Source of the DNA: Mytilus trossulus
Lineage: Eukaryota
NCBI RefSeq assembly: GCF_036588685.1
Contig: NC_086373.1
Coordinates: 27,590,001 to 27,654,000, forward strand
Direction: 5' to 3'
DNA length: 64,000 nucleotides
The position numbers were made by a program, and so were the translations under genes. The notes under the pieces were generated by a model. That model made no database searches, was not told where the DNA came from, and saw only the letters and a list, made by a program, of their open reading frames with translations. Shown here piece by piece: positions 11,082 to 22,500 of this stretch. How positions within the stretch are numbered: the stretch's first letter is position 1; every line of letters begins with the position of its first letter.

Positions 11082-11580
11082 CACAGAAACAAATCAGTAA
11101 TACACTACGAAGAGATAATATGTAAACAATATTATCAGGTAATGAACTCATCAGTGATGAGAAAAACAAATATATTTAAAAGTTGTACAATGTTTTATTT
11201 AAGAAACAGGAAGATTTGCTTCATTAACAATTATTTTTATGTCGATTTAGAAGTTGAAACTTTAATTTAATGTAACCTTATTTTCGAAACATTATTACAT
11301 TTCTCATCTGCATGTGAGGCCACAATTATAAAAAAAAATAAGGAATGAGTTGATCATATTTTTCGATCAAACTGACTTCTGAGTAACAGGCAAACAACAG
11401 AATAAACCTGTCATGTGAATTAAAAATGTTAGTATACGAGTTTTTATACTATGCTCCTATTATGTTATTTTTTTAAAAGGAAATGGATTTATATAAGTTC
11501 TTCTGGTTTCCAAATCCCAGTTTTTGTTATTGTATAATTGTATTTTGTGCACTTTTTGAAAATAAAATATTGTTTAAACT
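11082..11580 (+). mobile_element. 5'-truncated LINE 3' end
   Basis: Absent from the paralogous position in copy 2; decayed ORF2-like C-terminus (..LISDEKNKYI.KVVQCFI.ETGRF); ends AATAAAATATTGTTTAAACT. Confidence 0.7.
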
Positions 11581-11960
11581 AAGTATGGTATGAGACATCT
11601 GTATCAATCTATAACAAAAACGTATTGTGTTGTGATAACGTTGAAAGAAAAAGACATTCAATATAAATTCATGGCTTTAAATATGATTGCATTTCTTTCT
11701 AGAAATATAGATCGTCATGTCCTTCTTATATTAGTGTTATGCAATAACGTTAAAGTTCTACCATTAATTTGAGGTTTGGAATTAGTTAGGTTTTTTTGCC
11801 TTTTTTGGGGATAAGACTTTTTTTTGTAGTTTTAATAGACGGGATATTCGTAGCTTGGCTTAATTCTGTTCACTTTGTACTCAGTTAATATTTTCTTAAA
11901 TCCTCCTGTCCTCTCTCAGAAATTCAAATGGTCTGTACTGTTCATACAGAGATACCTTTT

Positions 11961-12619
11961 ATAATAAACTTATCATAGATACCAGTATTAAAATTTTAGA
12001 CGCGCGTTTCGTCTACAAAAGACTCACCAGTGACGCTTGAATCAAAAACAGTTTAAAAGGCCAAACAAAGTACGAATTTGAAGAGCATTGAAGACCAAAA
12101 ATTCCTCAAAGTTTTGCCAAACACAGCAAAGGTAATCTATTCTTGAGGTAGAAAAGCCTTAGTATTTAAAAATCAAGTTTTGTTAACAGTTAACTCATTA
12201 TTATGAACATATTAATGATAACTCAAGTCAACACAGAAGTGCTGACTACTGGGCTGGTCTTACCCTCGAGGAAGTAAATCTCCACCAGCAGTGGCATCAA
12301 CCCAGTGGTTGTAAATAAACTCATCATATATACCATGAGTAACATTTTATATTTACGCCAGACACATGTTTCGTCTACAAAACAAATAAATGTTTAAAAG
12401 GCCAAATAAAGTATGAAGTTGAAAAGCATTGAAGACCAAAAAATCTTAAAAGATTTGCCAAATACAGCTGAGGTAGAAAAAAAAAAGAATTTTAATAATA
12501 CAAAGTTTTGTTTACAGTTAACTTATTATTATGAAAATATCAATGATAGCTTTAGTCAACACAGAAGTGGTGACTACTGGGCTAGCGATACCCTCGAGGA
12601 ACTAAATCTCCACCAGCAA
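11961..12619 (-). mobile_element. Retrozyme-like repeat, about two head-to-tail decayed monomers
   Basis: Unit starts near 11963 and 12314; hammerheads mutated (CUGGUGA with stem I deleted; second lacks CUGAUGA); empty site in copy 2 near 27865. Confidence 0.85.
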
Positions 12620-13069
12620 GCTGATATGATAATATGATTCCTATATAAACCAGTATAGCAATTAGGAAAAGCATAAACAATATACTGTTTAATAAACCCG
12701 ACATGTCCAATATAAACTGACAACATAGTTACACTTGTAAAATCGAGATAAGTAATATTAGATGGTATAATCCCAAGGAAAAAGTTCAAATGCGTGCTAT
12801 TTGATGTCAGAATATATATTAACTACAATGTTAAGTGTGTCACGATGTGGTTAGCCACAAATTGTGTCCTAGAATCACGTTTTAAGTTCGTTTTCTTCAG
12901 GCAAGAACACTGTAAAAGGAGAAAAGGAAAGAAATTAACAATTTTAAACTAGTGGTAAATGGACATCCGATATGATGAAATATTTTACTGTAAGTTCAGA
13001 AATATTTACGATGTATTTATTTTAGCGAAAACGGCAACAGGTTCGGTTTTGAAAAGGTGAAAACTCACC

Positions 13070-13340
13070 TATTAAGCCCAATTTATATGCATTATGTTTT
13101 CTGGTCTGTGCGTCCGTTGGTTCGTCCGTTCGTCCGTCCGTTCGTCTGTCCCGCTTCAGGTTAAAGTTTTTGGTCGAGGTAGTTTGAGATGAAGTTGAAG
13201 TCCAAGCAACTTTAAACTTAGTAAACATGTTCCCTGTGATATGATCTTTCTAATTTTAATGCCAAATTAGAGATTTTATCCCAACATAGAAAATGATAGT
13301 GTAGATGAGGCATCAGTGTACTTGGGACACATTCTTGTTT
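13070..13340 (+). mobile_element. Short HINE/Helentron-like insertion with (CGTC/CGTT)n tract
   Basis: GTCC-type microsatellite; 3' hairpin GTGTAC..GGACAC then ATTCTTGTT; absent in copy 2 near 28340. Confidence 0.7.
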
Positions 13341-13749
13341 AAATATTGCAATAATTATTTGAATGCATTATGTTCCCAAAGCGCAGTAATAAATCTCGCG
13401 TTTTACCATTGTCCAACAATCATAATTACAAATGGAGTCAAAAGTTTCTGAATTTACAGTCATTGAACGGCGCAGTGTTCCAAAAGGATATACTTTATAA
13501 AGTTATCAGTGAAAAACACAATCAATGTGTGGTTACTTAACAATAAATTCAAACTAGTCAAAACCAGTATTTATAAATGAACATCGAGTTATAGAAAAAT
13601 AACTGATTTGGTTTTCTTTTTCCTTTTTTAAAGTTAAATGCTATTTAATATATATATTTTTATATTGTTAAGTTTTTATTCGAAAGTCTATTTTTTGTAA
13701 ACAAACACCAAACACTAACAGAAACAATGACAGCATTTTATGATCTTTT

Positions 13750-13955
13750 AAATATACTCATTATAGATACCAGGATTAAAATTTTATATTTAGGCCAGAC
13801 GCGCGTTTTGTCTACAAAAGACGCTGCAGTGACGCTCGAATAAAAAAAAGTTAAAAAGGCCAAATAAAGAGCGAAGTTAACGAAAGAGGACCAAACATTC
13901 CTAAATGTTTGCCAATGCACCTAAGATAATCTATTCCTGAGGTGGAAAACCCTTA
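13750..13955 (-). mobile_element. Decayed retrozyme-like repeat
   Basis: Family sequence; hammerhead boxes mutated (CUGCAGC, GAAA lost). Confidence 0.8.
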
Positions 13956-14173
13956 AAAGTGTGTGGGTTGACTATTTATGTCCAAATGTGACCACTTCCC
14001 TTCAATTTACATATTAGAAATAAAGTAACATTTTTTTTTCTCGAAAAATTTCTGAAATATTTACCATTTAATAAATCTGACAACAACGCATTGGTTTGTG
14101 TTTGTTTAACATGACTTTAAGAGCCAATCAGGCAGTGGTGAGTATAACAAACAAAACCCCAATCAAGTTGACA

Positions 14174-14461
14174 TTAATTTATATTCTAAATGTATAATAG
14201 TGCATGAATATAACATTTGTTACCTTTTCCTGTTCTTGTAATCAAGATATAATTTGGTTGAAATGCACATAAATCAACAATTGACGGGATCTAACTCCGT
14301 AAATTGAAATTCTTCTAACCTAGAATTTCAATTTACGGAGTTAGATCCCGTCAATTGTTGATTTATGTGCATTTCAACCAAATTATATCTTGATTACCAG
14401 AACAGGAAAAGGTAACAAATGTTATATTCATGCACTATTATACATTTAGAATATAAATTAA
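14174..14461. repeat. 288-bp near-perfect palindrome (140-bp arms, 8-nt loop)
   Basis: Arms 14174-14313 and 14322-14461 are reverse complements with one mismatch seen; loop TCTAACCT; TTAA at both outer ends. Confidence 0.95.
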
Positions 14462-15285
14462 AATTAAAATTATAGCGAACATTTATTGTTGCAATGTCAG
14501 GGAAAACTGTATATATCTGAATATCTGCCATGTTTTGATTGATAATTTGCATATTTTTTAAAGTCTGGCATGCACTTCAAATCAGCAAATATTTTTTCAG
14601 ATACACAACACGCTTTTGACATCAAGGTAGCACGATTGGTTGTTACGTTTTAGCTTTCTTGGATTGTGTTTTTTGTATATTTTCAAGGACATGCATTTTT
14701 TTATCTGCTTGTTTGATTCGTAAAGTTGGTGCTTGTTTTTTTTATCTTGTTTCATGTTTCAGTGTACTTTATTTTTTTCTAAATGTGAAGCGCATAGATT
14801 TTTTTGTTATTATATAATGCACTCTATAATAGTGCATATATTCATTTATTTATAATGCGTGCGAGATTAAATTTATAAAATCAATTTACGCATCACAGAA
14901 AATAGAAGCATGATGAATTATTCCTGACAATAAATTCTATAATTATAAAAAGGGATTCAAAATTCTTAAATTTAATTCACAGGAGATGTCTTAGTTATGT
15001 CGGATAGGAATTTTTAATGACGCATTTTAATGAAATCGTGTCCGTGTAAGTGAGAATGCTAAACCGCATCTATTCTTTTGTGTTTTAAAATGAAAAAGTG
15101 AGCAAAAACTGTATCTATATTTTTTTTAAAGCTTGAATTGATTTTTACAAAGTCAGAAAAGTATTCTATTGATCCTTTAAAATTACAATTTTAAAGTGTG
15201 AACTACCAAAGAGTTGCATTCCTGGTTTATTTCGTTGCCTGCAAGATTATTCATAATCAATTTAATTATTGTGGAAGGATTAAAG

Positions 15286-16488
15286 ATGATTGTTTTTATC
15301 ATTTGGATTTCTACTGTAAGTTTTTCTTTATGCCAAAACTCAAGTGATGTCAAAGCTTTGAAAAGAGAGCTATTCGTAACTAAGGAATATGATAAGGATT
15401 CCAAACCTGTACAAGATTATGAGAGTACCATCTACGTAAATGTTGAATTGACATTAAACTCACTAATAACACTCGATGAAGTTCAACAAAGATTAACAAC
15501 TATTGGATACCTTAATATAAGTTGGCATGATGAGTTTCTAACATGGGACCGAAAACAATATGGAGACTTGGACTATATATACCTTCCTCAGTCAGAGATC
15601 TGGAAACCGGATATAACCTTACAAGATAGTTATACAGGGATGGAAGAGCTTGGTTCTGATTTGATATTGGCGACAATCAGACATGATGGTAGTGTCAATT
15701 GGACACCGTTTCAAGTATTTAATTCATACTGTCCAGTCTCAATGACGTTCTTTCCATTTGACAGGCAAACTTGCGAATTTGTTTTCGGAGCTTGGAGTAT
15801 GCGTCTGAAAGATGTTTCCCTTCTAATAAAAAATGTGTCAGAAATAGCATTGGAGCGCTCAATAAAAGAAAATACAATTTGGACGGTTGTTTCAACCTCA
15901 GCAAGTACAGCACAGTACCATGAGGAATCTCTAGTGATATTTTCTATCACATTACAGAGGAAACCGTTGTATGTTATGCTGAATATGGTTCTCCCATTAG
16001 TCCTTTTATCACTTTTGAATCTGTTTACATTTGCCATACCTGCTGATTGTGGTGAACGCATGGGTTACACGGTAACCGTTTGGTTGTCCTTCGGTGTGTT
16101 CCTTACTATAATTGGACAGTCTTTGCCAGAGAGTTCGGAATCCATATCTTTTATGGATATATTTATAGTGATGCAGCTATTCCAAAGTACACTGGTGGTG
16201 TTGCTCTCAACCATTGTATCCCGATGTTGTGCTCGAAATGGACAGACATTTATTTCGTCATGTCTCCTGAAACGCATTGTAACCTATAAGAGAGGAAAGA
16301 GTGTGAACACATCATCGGAGATTACGAACGATGCAAAGAAAACTCAAATTTACATTACATGGAAAGAGTATGTGTCCACTATTGATTTCTGTTTGTTTTG
16401 GTGTTTGCTGTCAATATGCATACTTTCAATTACCGCACTTTCATTTTACACCGTTTACAAAGCTGAGTACACGCTTTCAGGAAAATGA
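15286..16488 (+). CDS. Intronless non-alpha nAChR-like subunit (400 aa), paralog B
   Basis: ATG at 15286 (the ORF-track start 15214 is TTG); same motifs and length as paralog A; about 45 aa differences counted by eye. Confidence 0.93.
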   Translation: MIVFIIWISTVSFSLCQNSSDVKALKRELFVTKEYDKDSKPVQDYESTIYVNVELTLNSLITLDEVQQRLTTIGYLNISWHDEFLTWDRKQYGDLDYIYLPQSEIWKPDITLQDSYTGMEELGSDLILATIRHDGSVNWTPFQVFNSYCPVSMTFFPFDRQTCEFVFGAWSMRLKDVSLLIKNVSEIALERSIKENTIWTVVSTSASTAQYHEESLVIFSITLQRKPLYVMLNMVLPLVLLSLLNLFTFAIPADCGERMGYTVTVWLSFGVFLTIIGQSLPESSESISFMDIFIVMQLFQSTLVVLLSTIVSRCCARNGQTFISSCLLKRIVTYKRGKSVNTSSEITNDAKKTQIYITWKEYVSTIDFCLFWCLLSICILSITALSFYTVYKAEYTLSGK

Positions 16489-16979
16489 ATAACAATTCTT
16501 TTACAAACCATACAAGTATGAGGACTGAAAAATGAGTCAGTCGTGAATGTTTTTTTTTTCATTTTATCATTATGGCTAAACTGCAAGATATGCATTGTAG
16601 AAGGAGATGGGTTCAGTAGAAGCAAAGCCTGGAAATTTGTTTAATTGTTTAATTGTATTGTACCGCTTTTATCAACATTTTCATTTACACAAATGAGTAT
16701 TCAGTGTTGGCGCACAAACATGATGTACATATGACTGCTCGTTTGTAATTATATCATGAATTATTTTTTTTCAATATTCATTATATGCCATAAGCTAGCT
16801 ATCGTCTATTAGATTCACTGTCATTATTTTTCTTAATAATTTAATGTCCATGAGAACACTTAAATTTTTATCCAAATTCAAGCGGTAAGCTTATGCAGTT
16901 CTATCTCAAATGATGACTAAATTATAATTTATTTCTATGCCTGAAACCTTTAATACTTTCTTCAAAAATGTCCCCAATC

Positions 16980-18145
16980 TCTGTCACTAAGAAGCGGAAT
17001 CCTATTCATTATGAAAACCTCGTCTCTGGTTATACCCTTCTTCATTGTTATATCTTGCCACTAATTGATTATTCATGAATACCTCATCCTTGGTCATATC
17101 CTTCTTCATTGTTATATCTTGCCATTAATTGATTATTGTGGTATAGGTTGGGTAAGATCTCTCTAACTAAGAAGCGGAACCCAATTCATCATGAATACCT
17201 CATCCTTGGTTATACCCTTCTTCATTGTTATATCTTTCCACCAATTGATTAATCATGAATACCTCATCTCTGGTTATACCCTTCTTCATTGTTAAATCTT
17301 GCCACTAATTGATTAATCATGAATACCTCATCTCGGGTTATACCCTTCTTCATTGTTATATCTTGCCACTAATTGATTAATTATGAATACCTCATCTCTG
17401 GTTATACCCTTCTTCGTTGTTATATCTTGCCACTAATTGATTAATCATGAATACCTCATCTCTGGTTATACCCTTCTTCATTGTTATATCTTGCCATTAA
17501 TTGATTAATCATGAATATCTCATCCTTGGTCATACACGTTGTACCCTTCTTCATTGTTATATCTTGCCACTAATTGATTATTGTGGTATAGTTTGGAGTA
17601 TATCGCTCTCACTGAGAAGCGGAACCTAATTCATCATGAATACCTCATCATTGGTCATACCCTTCGTCATTGTTATATCTTTCAACCAATTGATTAATCA
17701 TGAATACCTCATCTCTGGTTATACCTTCTTCATTGTTATATCTTGCCACTAGTTGGTAAATCAGGAATACCTCATCTCTGGTTATACCCTTCTTCATTGT
17801 TATATCTTGCCACTAATTGATTAATCATGAATACCTCATCTCTGGTTATACCCTTCTTCATTGTTATATCATGCCACTGATTTATTAATCATGAATACCT
17901 CATCTCTGGTTATACCCTTCTTCATTGTTATATCTTGCCACTAATTGATTAATCATGAATACCTCATCTCGGGTTATACCCTTCTTCATTGTTATATCTT
18001 GCCACTAATTGGTTAATCATGAATACCTCATCGTTGGTTATACCCTTCTTCGTTGTTATATCTTGCCACTAATTGATTAATCATGAATACCTCATCCTTG
18101 GTCATACCCTTCTTCAGTGTTATATCTTGTCACTAATTGATTACA
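16980..18145 (+). repeat. 64-bp minisatellite (~16 units, with interspersed longer variant) derived from LINE coding sequence
   Basis: Unit CATGAATACCTCATCTCTGGTTATACCCTTCTTCATTGTTATATCTTGCCACTAATTGATTAAT; long variants translate YILPLIDYCGIVWS. Confidence 0.9.
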
Positions 18146-18464
18146 CGTTATATAGTTTGGAGTAGTTGTAGCAGTCGGTGGTTTAATTAGGATCTTAAAA
18201 TTACAAAAGAGAGCTGCTAGATTAATACTAGAAACAGACCTTTTTGCTACTTCTGAACCCTAATGGGTTATTGAAACAATTAAACTGGAATATTATAGTT
18301 TTCAATACAACTTGAAAAATGTCAGAAAATTAAACGTGATAACATACCCAAACAGTTTTCAATATTTTTGTATGAATAAAATTGATGTATATACTGTCTT
18401 CTGATTGGTTAAAAATAACTGTGTAACCCTTCTAAAATAAAATATTGTTGTTGCTGTTGTTGTT
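18120..18464 (+). mobile_element. Decayed CR1/L2-group LINE ORF2 fragment with AATAAA-(GTT)n tail
   Basis: IVWSSCS..LIRILKLQKRAARLIL motif; tail AAAATAAAATATTGTTGTTGCTGTTGTTGTT. Confidence 0.75.
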
Positions 18465-19178
18465 GACTCAGCAAAATATTTAGGCTTTGACATATCAAAA
18501 GACTTATCTTGAAACACCCACACAAATGCTGTCACTTAGAAGGCAAACGACACCCTTTCTATCCAAAGAATAATCATCGGAAAGTGTCGAATAAAAGCCA
18601 GATAACGAGCATTTAACACCTTCGTAAGACCAACTGTAGAGTACGCCACAAGTGCATGTGACCCCTACAAAAAACCAACTTGAATTGGTTCAATGCAGAG
18701 GAGCCACATTTCTTTCCAACGACTACCAACAAACAAGCAGTGTTAGTCTCATGCTCAATAACCTTGGATGGGAAACCCTGCAATCAAGAAGAAACAAATT
18801 TATAACCATCTTACTTTACAAGATAGTCATTCACCTTGTAGACATCCCAATAGAACCATATCTCATACTAACATTTCTACGTTTCTACTCGATAACAGAA
18901 CATCAGATACCTCCAACCACACTGTCGAATCCTAACATACCAACATTCCTTCTATCTGAGCGCCATCGGAATTTGGAACTACCTGCCACAGCCACTGGCC
19001 AGTTTAACAACTCTCGATGGGTTCAAACTGCCTACCTCTATCATCTCCTTAATTGTAATTAATGGATTTTAACTATAAATATTTAATTGTATATAGAGGA
19101 TAGCATTAGTGGTATTGTAGGTTTACACCAGTGTGAATATATACAAAATGAGTCCGACATAGAAGAAGCAGTAGAAGA
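18465..19178 (+). mobile_element. Second decayed LINE ORF2 3' fragment
   Basis: DSAKYLG..ISKDLS, VRPTVEYA and LELVQ..DYQQTSSVSLMLNNLGWETLQSRR..LLYKIV motifs with stops and frameshifts; GAA-rich tail. Confidence 0.85.
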
Positions 19179-19380
19179 ACAACAAAAGTCACCAATGAAA
19201 TGTTGAAGTCGATTGGTTAAAAACCAGTAAGATCATGGAAGTATATTTATATTGACAAAGGTTAAATCGAGTATCCCGGGCATAAATACGATTTTTTATT
19301 CACCATTTAAGCTGTTAAAAATGTACAAAACCCTAACTTGTATCGTGATGGCTAAAGACTCATCGGTACTCACTAACATA

Positions 19381-19561
19381 TTACCTTAGATGTATTTGGC
19401 AAAACGTTTAGGAATTTTGGTCCTTAATGCTCTTCAACTTCTTACTGTATTTGGCTTTTTTAAATTTTTGGATTCGAGCGTCACTGATGCGTCTTTTGTA
19501 GACGAAACGCGAGTCTGGCCTATATATACAAAATTAAGTCCTGGTATCTATGATGAGTTTA
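19381..19561 (+). mobile_element. 5'-truncated retrozyme-like insertion inside the first satellite monomer
   Basis: Splits AACATA|TGTCA relative to copy 1; ends GGTATCTATGATGAGTTTAT. Confidence 0.85.
19478..19521 (+). ncRNA. Degenerate type I hammerhead ribozyme
   Basis: GCGUCA-CUGAUGC-GUCU(UUUGU)AGAC-GAAA-CGCGAG-UC/UGGCCU; the last A of CUGAUGA is mutated, so probably impaired. Confidence 0.65.
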
Positions 19562-19564
19562 TAT

Positions 19565-22500
19565 ATGTCACCCGTCCAGACAAAATTATAGCGAGACCCT
19601 CACAGCTAAGTATGGTTTTAGATATCGTTATAGTTTAAAACTCGTCGGTACTCAGTAACATTTGTCACCTGTCGAGACAACATTAAAACGTGACCCTCAT
19701 AGCTAAGTATGGTTTTAGATATCGTTATGGCTTAAGACTCATCGGTGCCCAGTAACATCTGTCACCTGTCGAGACAACATTTATGCGAGACCCTCACTGC
19801 TAAGTATGGTTTATGATATCGTTATGGCTTAAGATTCATCGGTACTCAGTAACATTTGTCACCAGTCGAGACAACATTAAAACGTGACCCTCATAGCTAA
19901 GTATGGTTTATGATATCGTTATGGCTTAAGATTCATCGGTACTCAGTAACATTTGTCACCAGTCGAGACAACATTAAAACGTGACCCTCACAGCTAAGTA
20001 TGGTTTTAGATATCGTTATAGTTTAAAACTCGTCGGTACTCAGTAACATTTGTCACCTGTCGAGATAACATTAAAACGTGACCCTCATAGCTAAGTATGG
20101 TTTATGATATCGTTATGGTTTAAAACTCATCGGTACTCAGTAACATCTGTCACCTGTCGAGACAACATTAAAACGTGACCCTCATAGCTAAGTATGGTTT
20201 ATGATATCGTTATGGCTTAAGACTCATCGGTACTCAGTAACATTTATCACCTGTCGAGACAACATTAAAGCGAGAACCTCACTGCTAAGTATGGTTTATG
20301 ATATCGTTATGGCTCAAGACTCCTCGTTACTCAGTAACATCTGTCACCTGTCGAGACAACATTAAAGCGAGACCCTCACTGCTAAGTATGGTTTATGATA
20401 TCGTTATGGCTTAAGACTCATCGGTACTCAGTAACATCTGTCACCTGTCGACGAGACAGCATTGAAGCGGGACCCTCACTGCTAAGTATGGTTTATGATA
20501 TCGTTATGGCTTAAGATTCATCGGTACTCAGTAACATCTGTCACCTATCGAGACAACATTAAAGCGAGACCCTCACAGCTAAGTATGGTTTCTGATATCG
20601 TTATGGCTTAAGACTCATCGGTACTCAGTAACATCTGTCACCTGTCGAGACAACATTAAAGCGAGACCCTCACTGCTAAGTATGGTTTATGATATCGTTA
20701 TGGCTTAAGACTCATCGGTACTCAATAACATCTGTCACCTGTCGACGAGACAGCATTGAAGCGGGACCCTCACTGCTAAGTATGGTTTATGATATCGTTA
20801 TGGCTTAAGATTCATCGGTACTCAGTAACATCTGTCACCTATCGAGACAACATTAAAGCGAAATCCTCACAGCTAAGTATGGTTTCTGATATCGTTATGG
20901 CTTAAGACTCATCGGTACTCAGTAACATCTGTCACCTGTCGAGACAACATTAAAGCGAGACCCTCACTGCTAAGTATGGTTTATGATATCGTTATGGCTT
21001 AAGACTCATCGGTACTCAATAACATCTGTCACCTGTCGAGACAACATTAAAACGTGACCCTCATAGCTAAGTATGGTTTATGATATCGTTATGGTTTAAG
21101 ACTCATCGGTACTCAGTAACATCTGTCACCTATCGAGACAACATTTAAGCGAGACCCTCACTGATAAGTATGGTTTATGATATCGTTATGGCTTAAGACC
21201 CATCGGTACTCAGTAACATCTGTCACCTGTCGAGACAACATTAAAGCGAGACCCTCACTGCTAAGTATGGTTTATGATATCGTTATGGCTTAAGACCCAT
21301 CGGTACTCAGTAACATCTGTCACCTGTCGAGACAACATTAAAACGTGACCCTCATAGCTAAGTATGGTTTATGATATCGTTATGGCTTAAGATTCATCGG
21401 TACTCAGTAACATTTGTCACCAGTCGAGACAACATTAAAACGTGACCCTCACAGCTAAGTATGGTTTTAGATATCGTTATAGTTTAAAACTCGTCGGTAC
21501 TCAGTAACATTTGTCACCTGTCGAGACAACATTAAAACGTGACCCTCATAGCTAAGTATGGTTTATGATATCGTTATGGTTTAAAACTCATCGGTACTCA
21601 GTAACATCTGTCACCTGTCGAGACAACATTAAAACGTGACCCTCACAGCTAAGTATGGTTTATGATATCGTTATGGCTTAAGACTCATCGGTACTCAGTA
21701 ACATCTGTCACCTGTCGAGACAACATTTATGCGAGACCCTCACTGATAAGTATGGTTTATGATATCGTTATGGCTTAAGATTCATCGGTACTCAGTAACA
21801 TCTGTCACCTATCGAGACAACATTTAAGCGAGACCCTCACTGCTAAGTATGGTTTATGATATCGTTATGGCTTAAGACTCCTCGGTACTCAATAACATCT
21901 GTCACCTATCGAAACAACATTAAAGCGAGACCCTCACTGCTAAGTATGGTTTATGATATCGTTATGGCTGAAGACTCCTCGGTACTCAGTAACATCTGTC
22001 ACCTATCGAAACAACATTAAAGCGAGACCCTCACTGCTAAGTATGGTTTATGATATCGTTATGGCTTAAGACTCATCGGTACTCAGTAACATCTGTCACC
22101 TATTGAGACAACATTTAAGCGAGACCCTCACAGCTAAGTATGGTTTTAGATATCGTTTTAGCTTCAGACTCATCGGTACTCGGTAACATCTGTCACCTGT
22201 CGAGACAACATTAAAGCGAGACCCTCACTGCTAAGTATGGTTTATGATATCGTTATGGCTTAAGACTCATCGGTACTCAGTAACATCTGTCACCTGTCGA
22301 GACAACATTTATGCGAGACCCTCACTGATAAGTATGGTTTATGATATCGTTATGGCTTAAGATTCATCGGTACTCAGTAACATCTGTCACCTATCGAGAC
22401 AACATTTAAGCGAGACCCTCACTGCTAAGTATGGTTTATGATATCGTTATGGGTTAAGACTCCTCGGTACTCAATAACATCTGTCACCTATCGAAACAAC

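Larger units (their letters stand above)
8680..13600 (+). repeat. Segmental tandem duplication, copy 1 (nAChR-like gene plus flanks)
   Basis: Colinear matches to 14875-28610: upstream flank, CDS, 3' UTR, and 12720-13060 vs 27965-28340; ends approximate. Confidence 0.88.

Noticed and set aside
4365-16289. Overlapping or antisense short ORFs within the receptor genes (4365, 9560, 9914, 9929, 15711, 16065, 16080)
   Set aside because: Shadow frames; their presence in both paralogs is explained by recent duplication
18652-19062. 136-aa ORF as a host gene
   Set aside because: Frameshifted LINE ORF2 remnant
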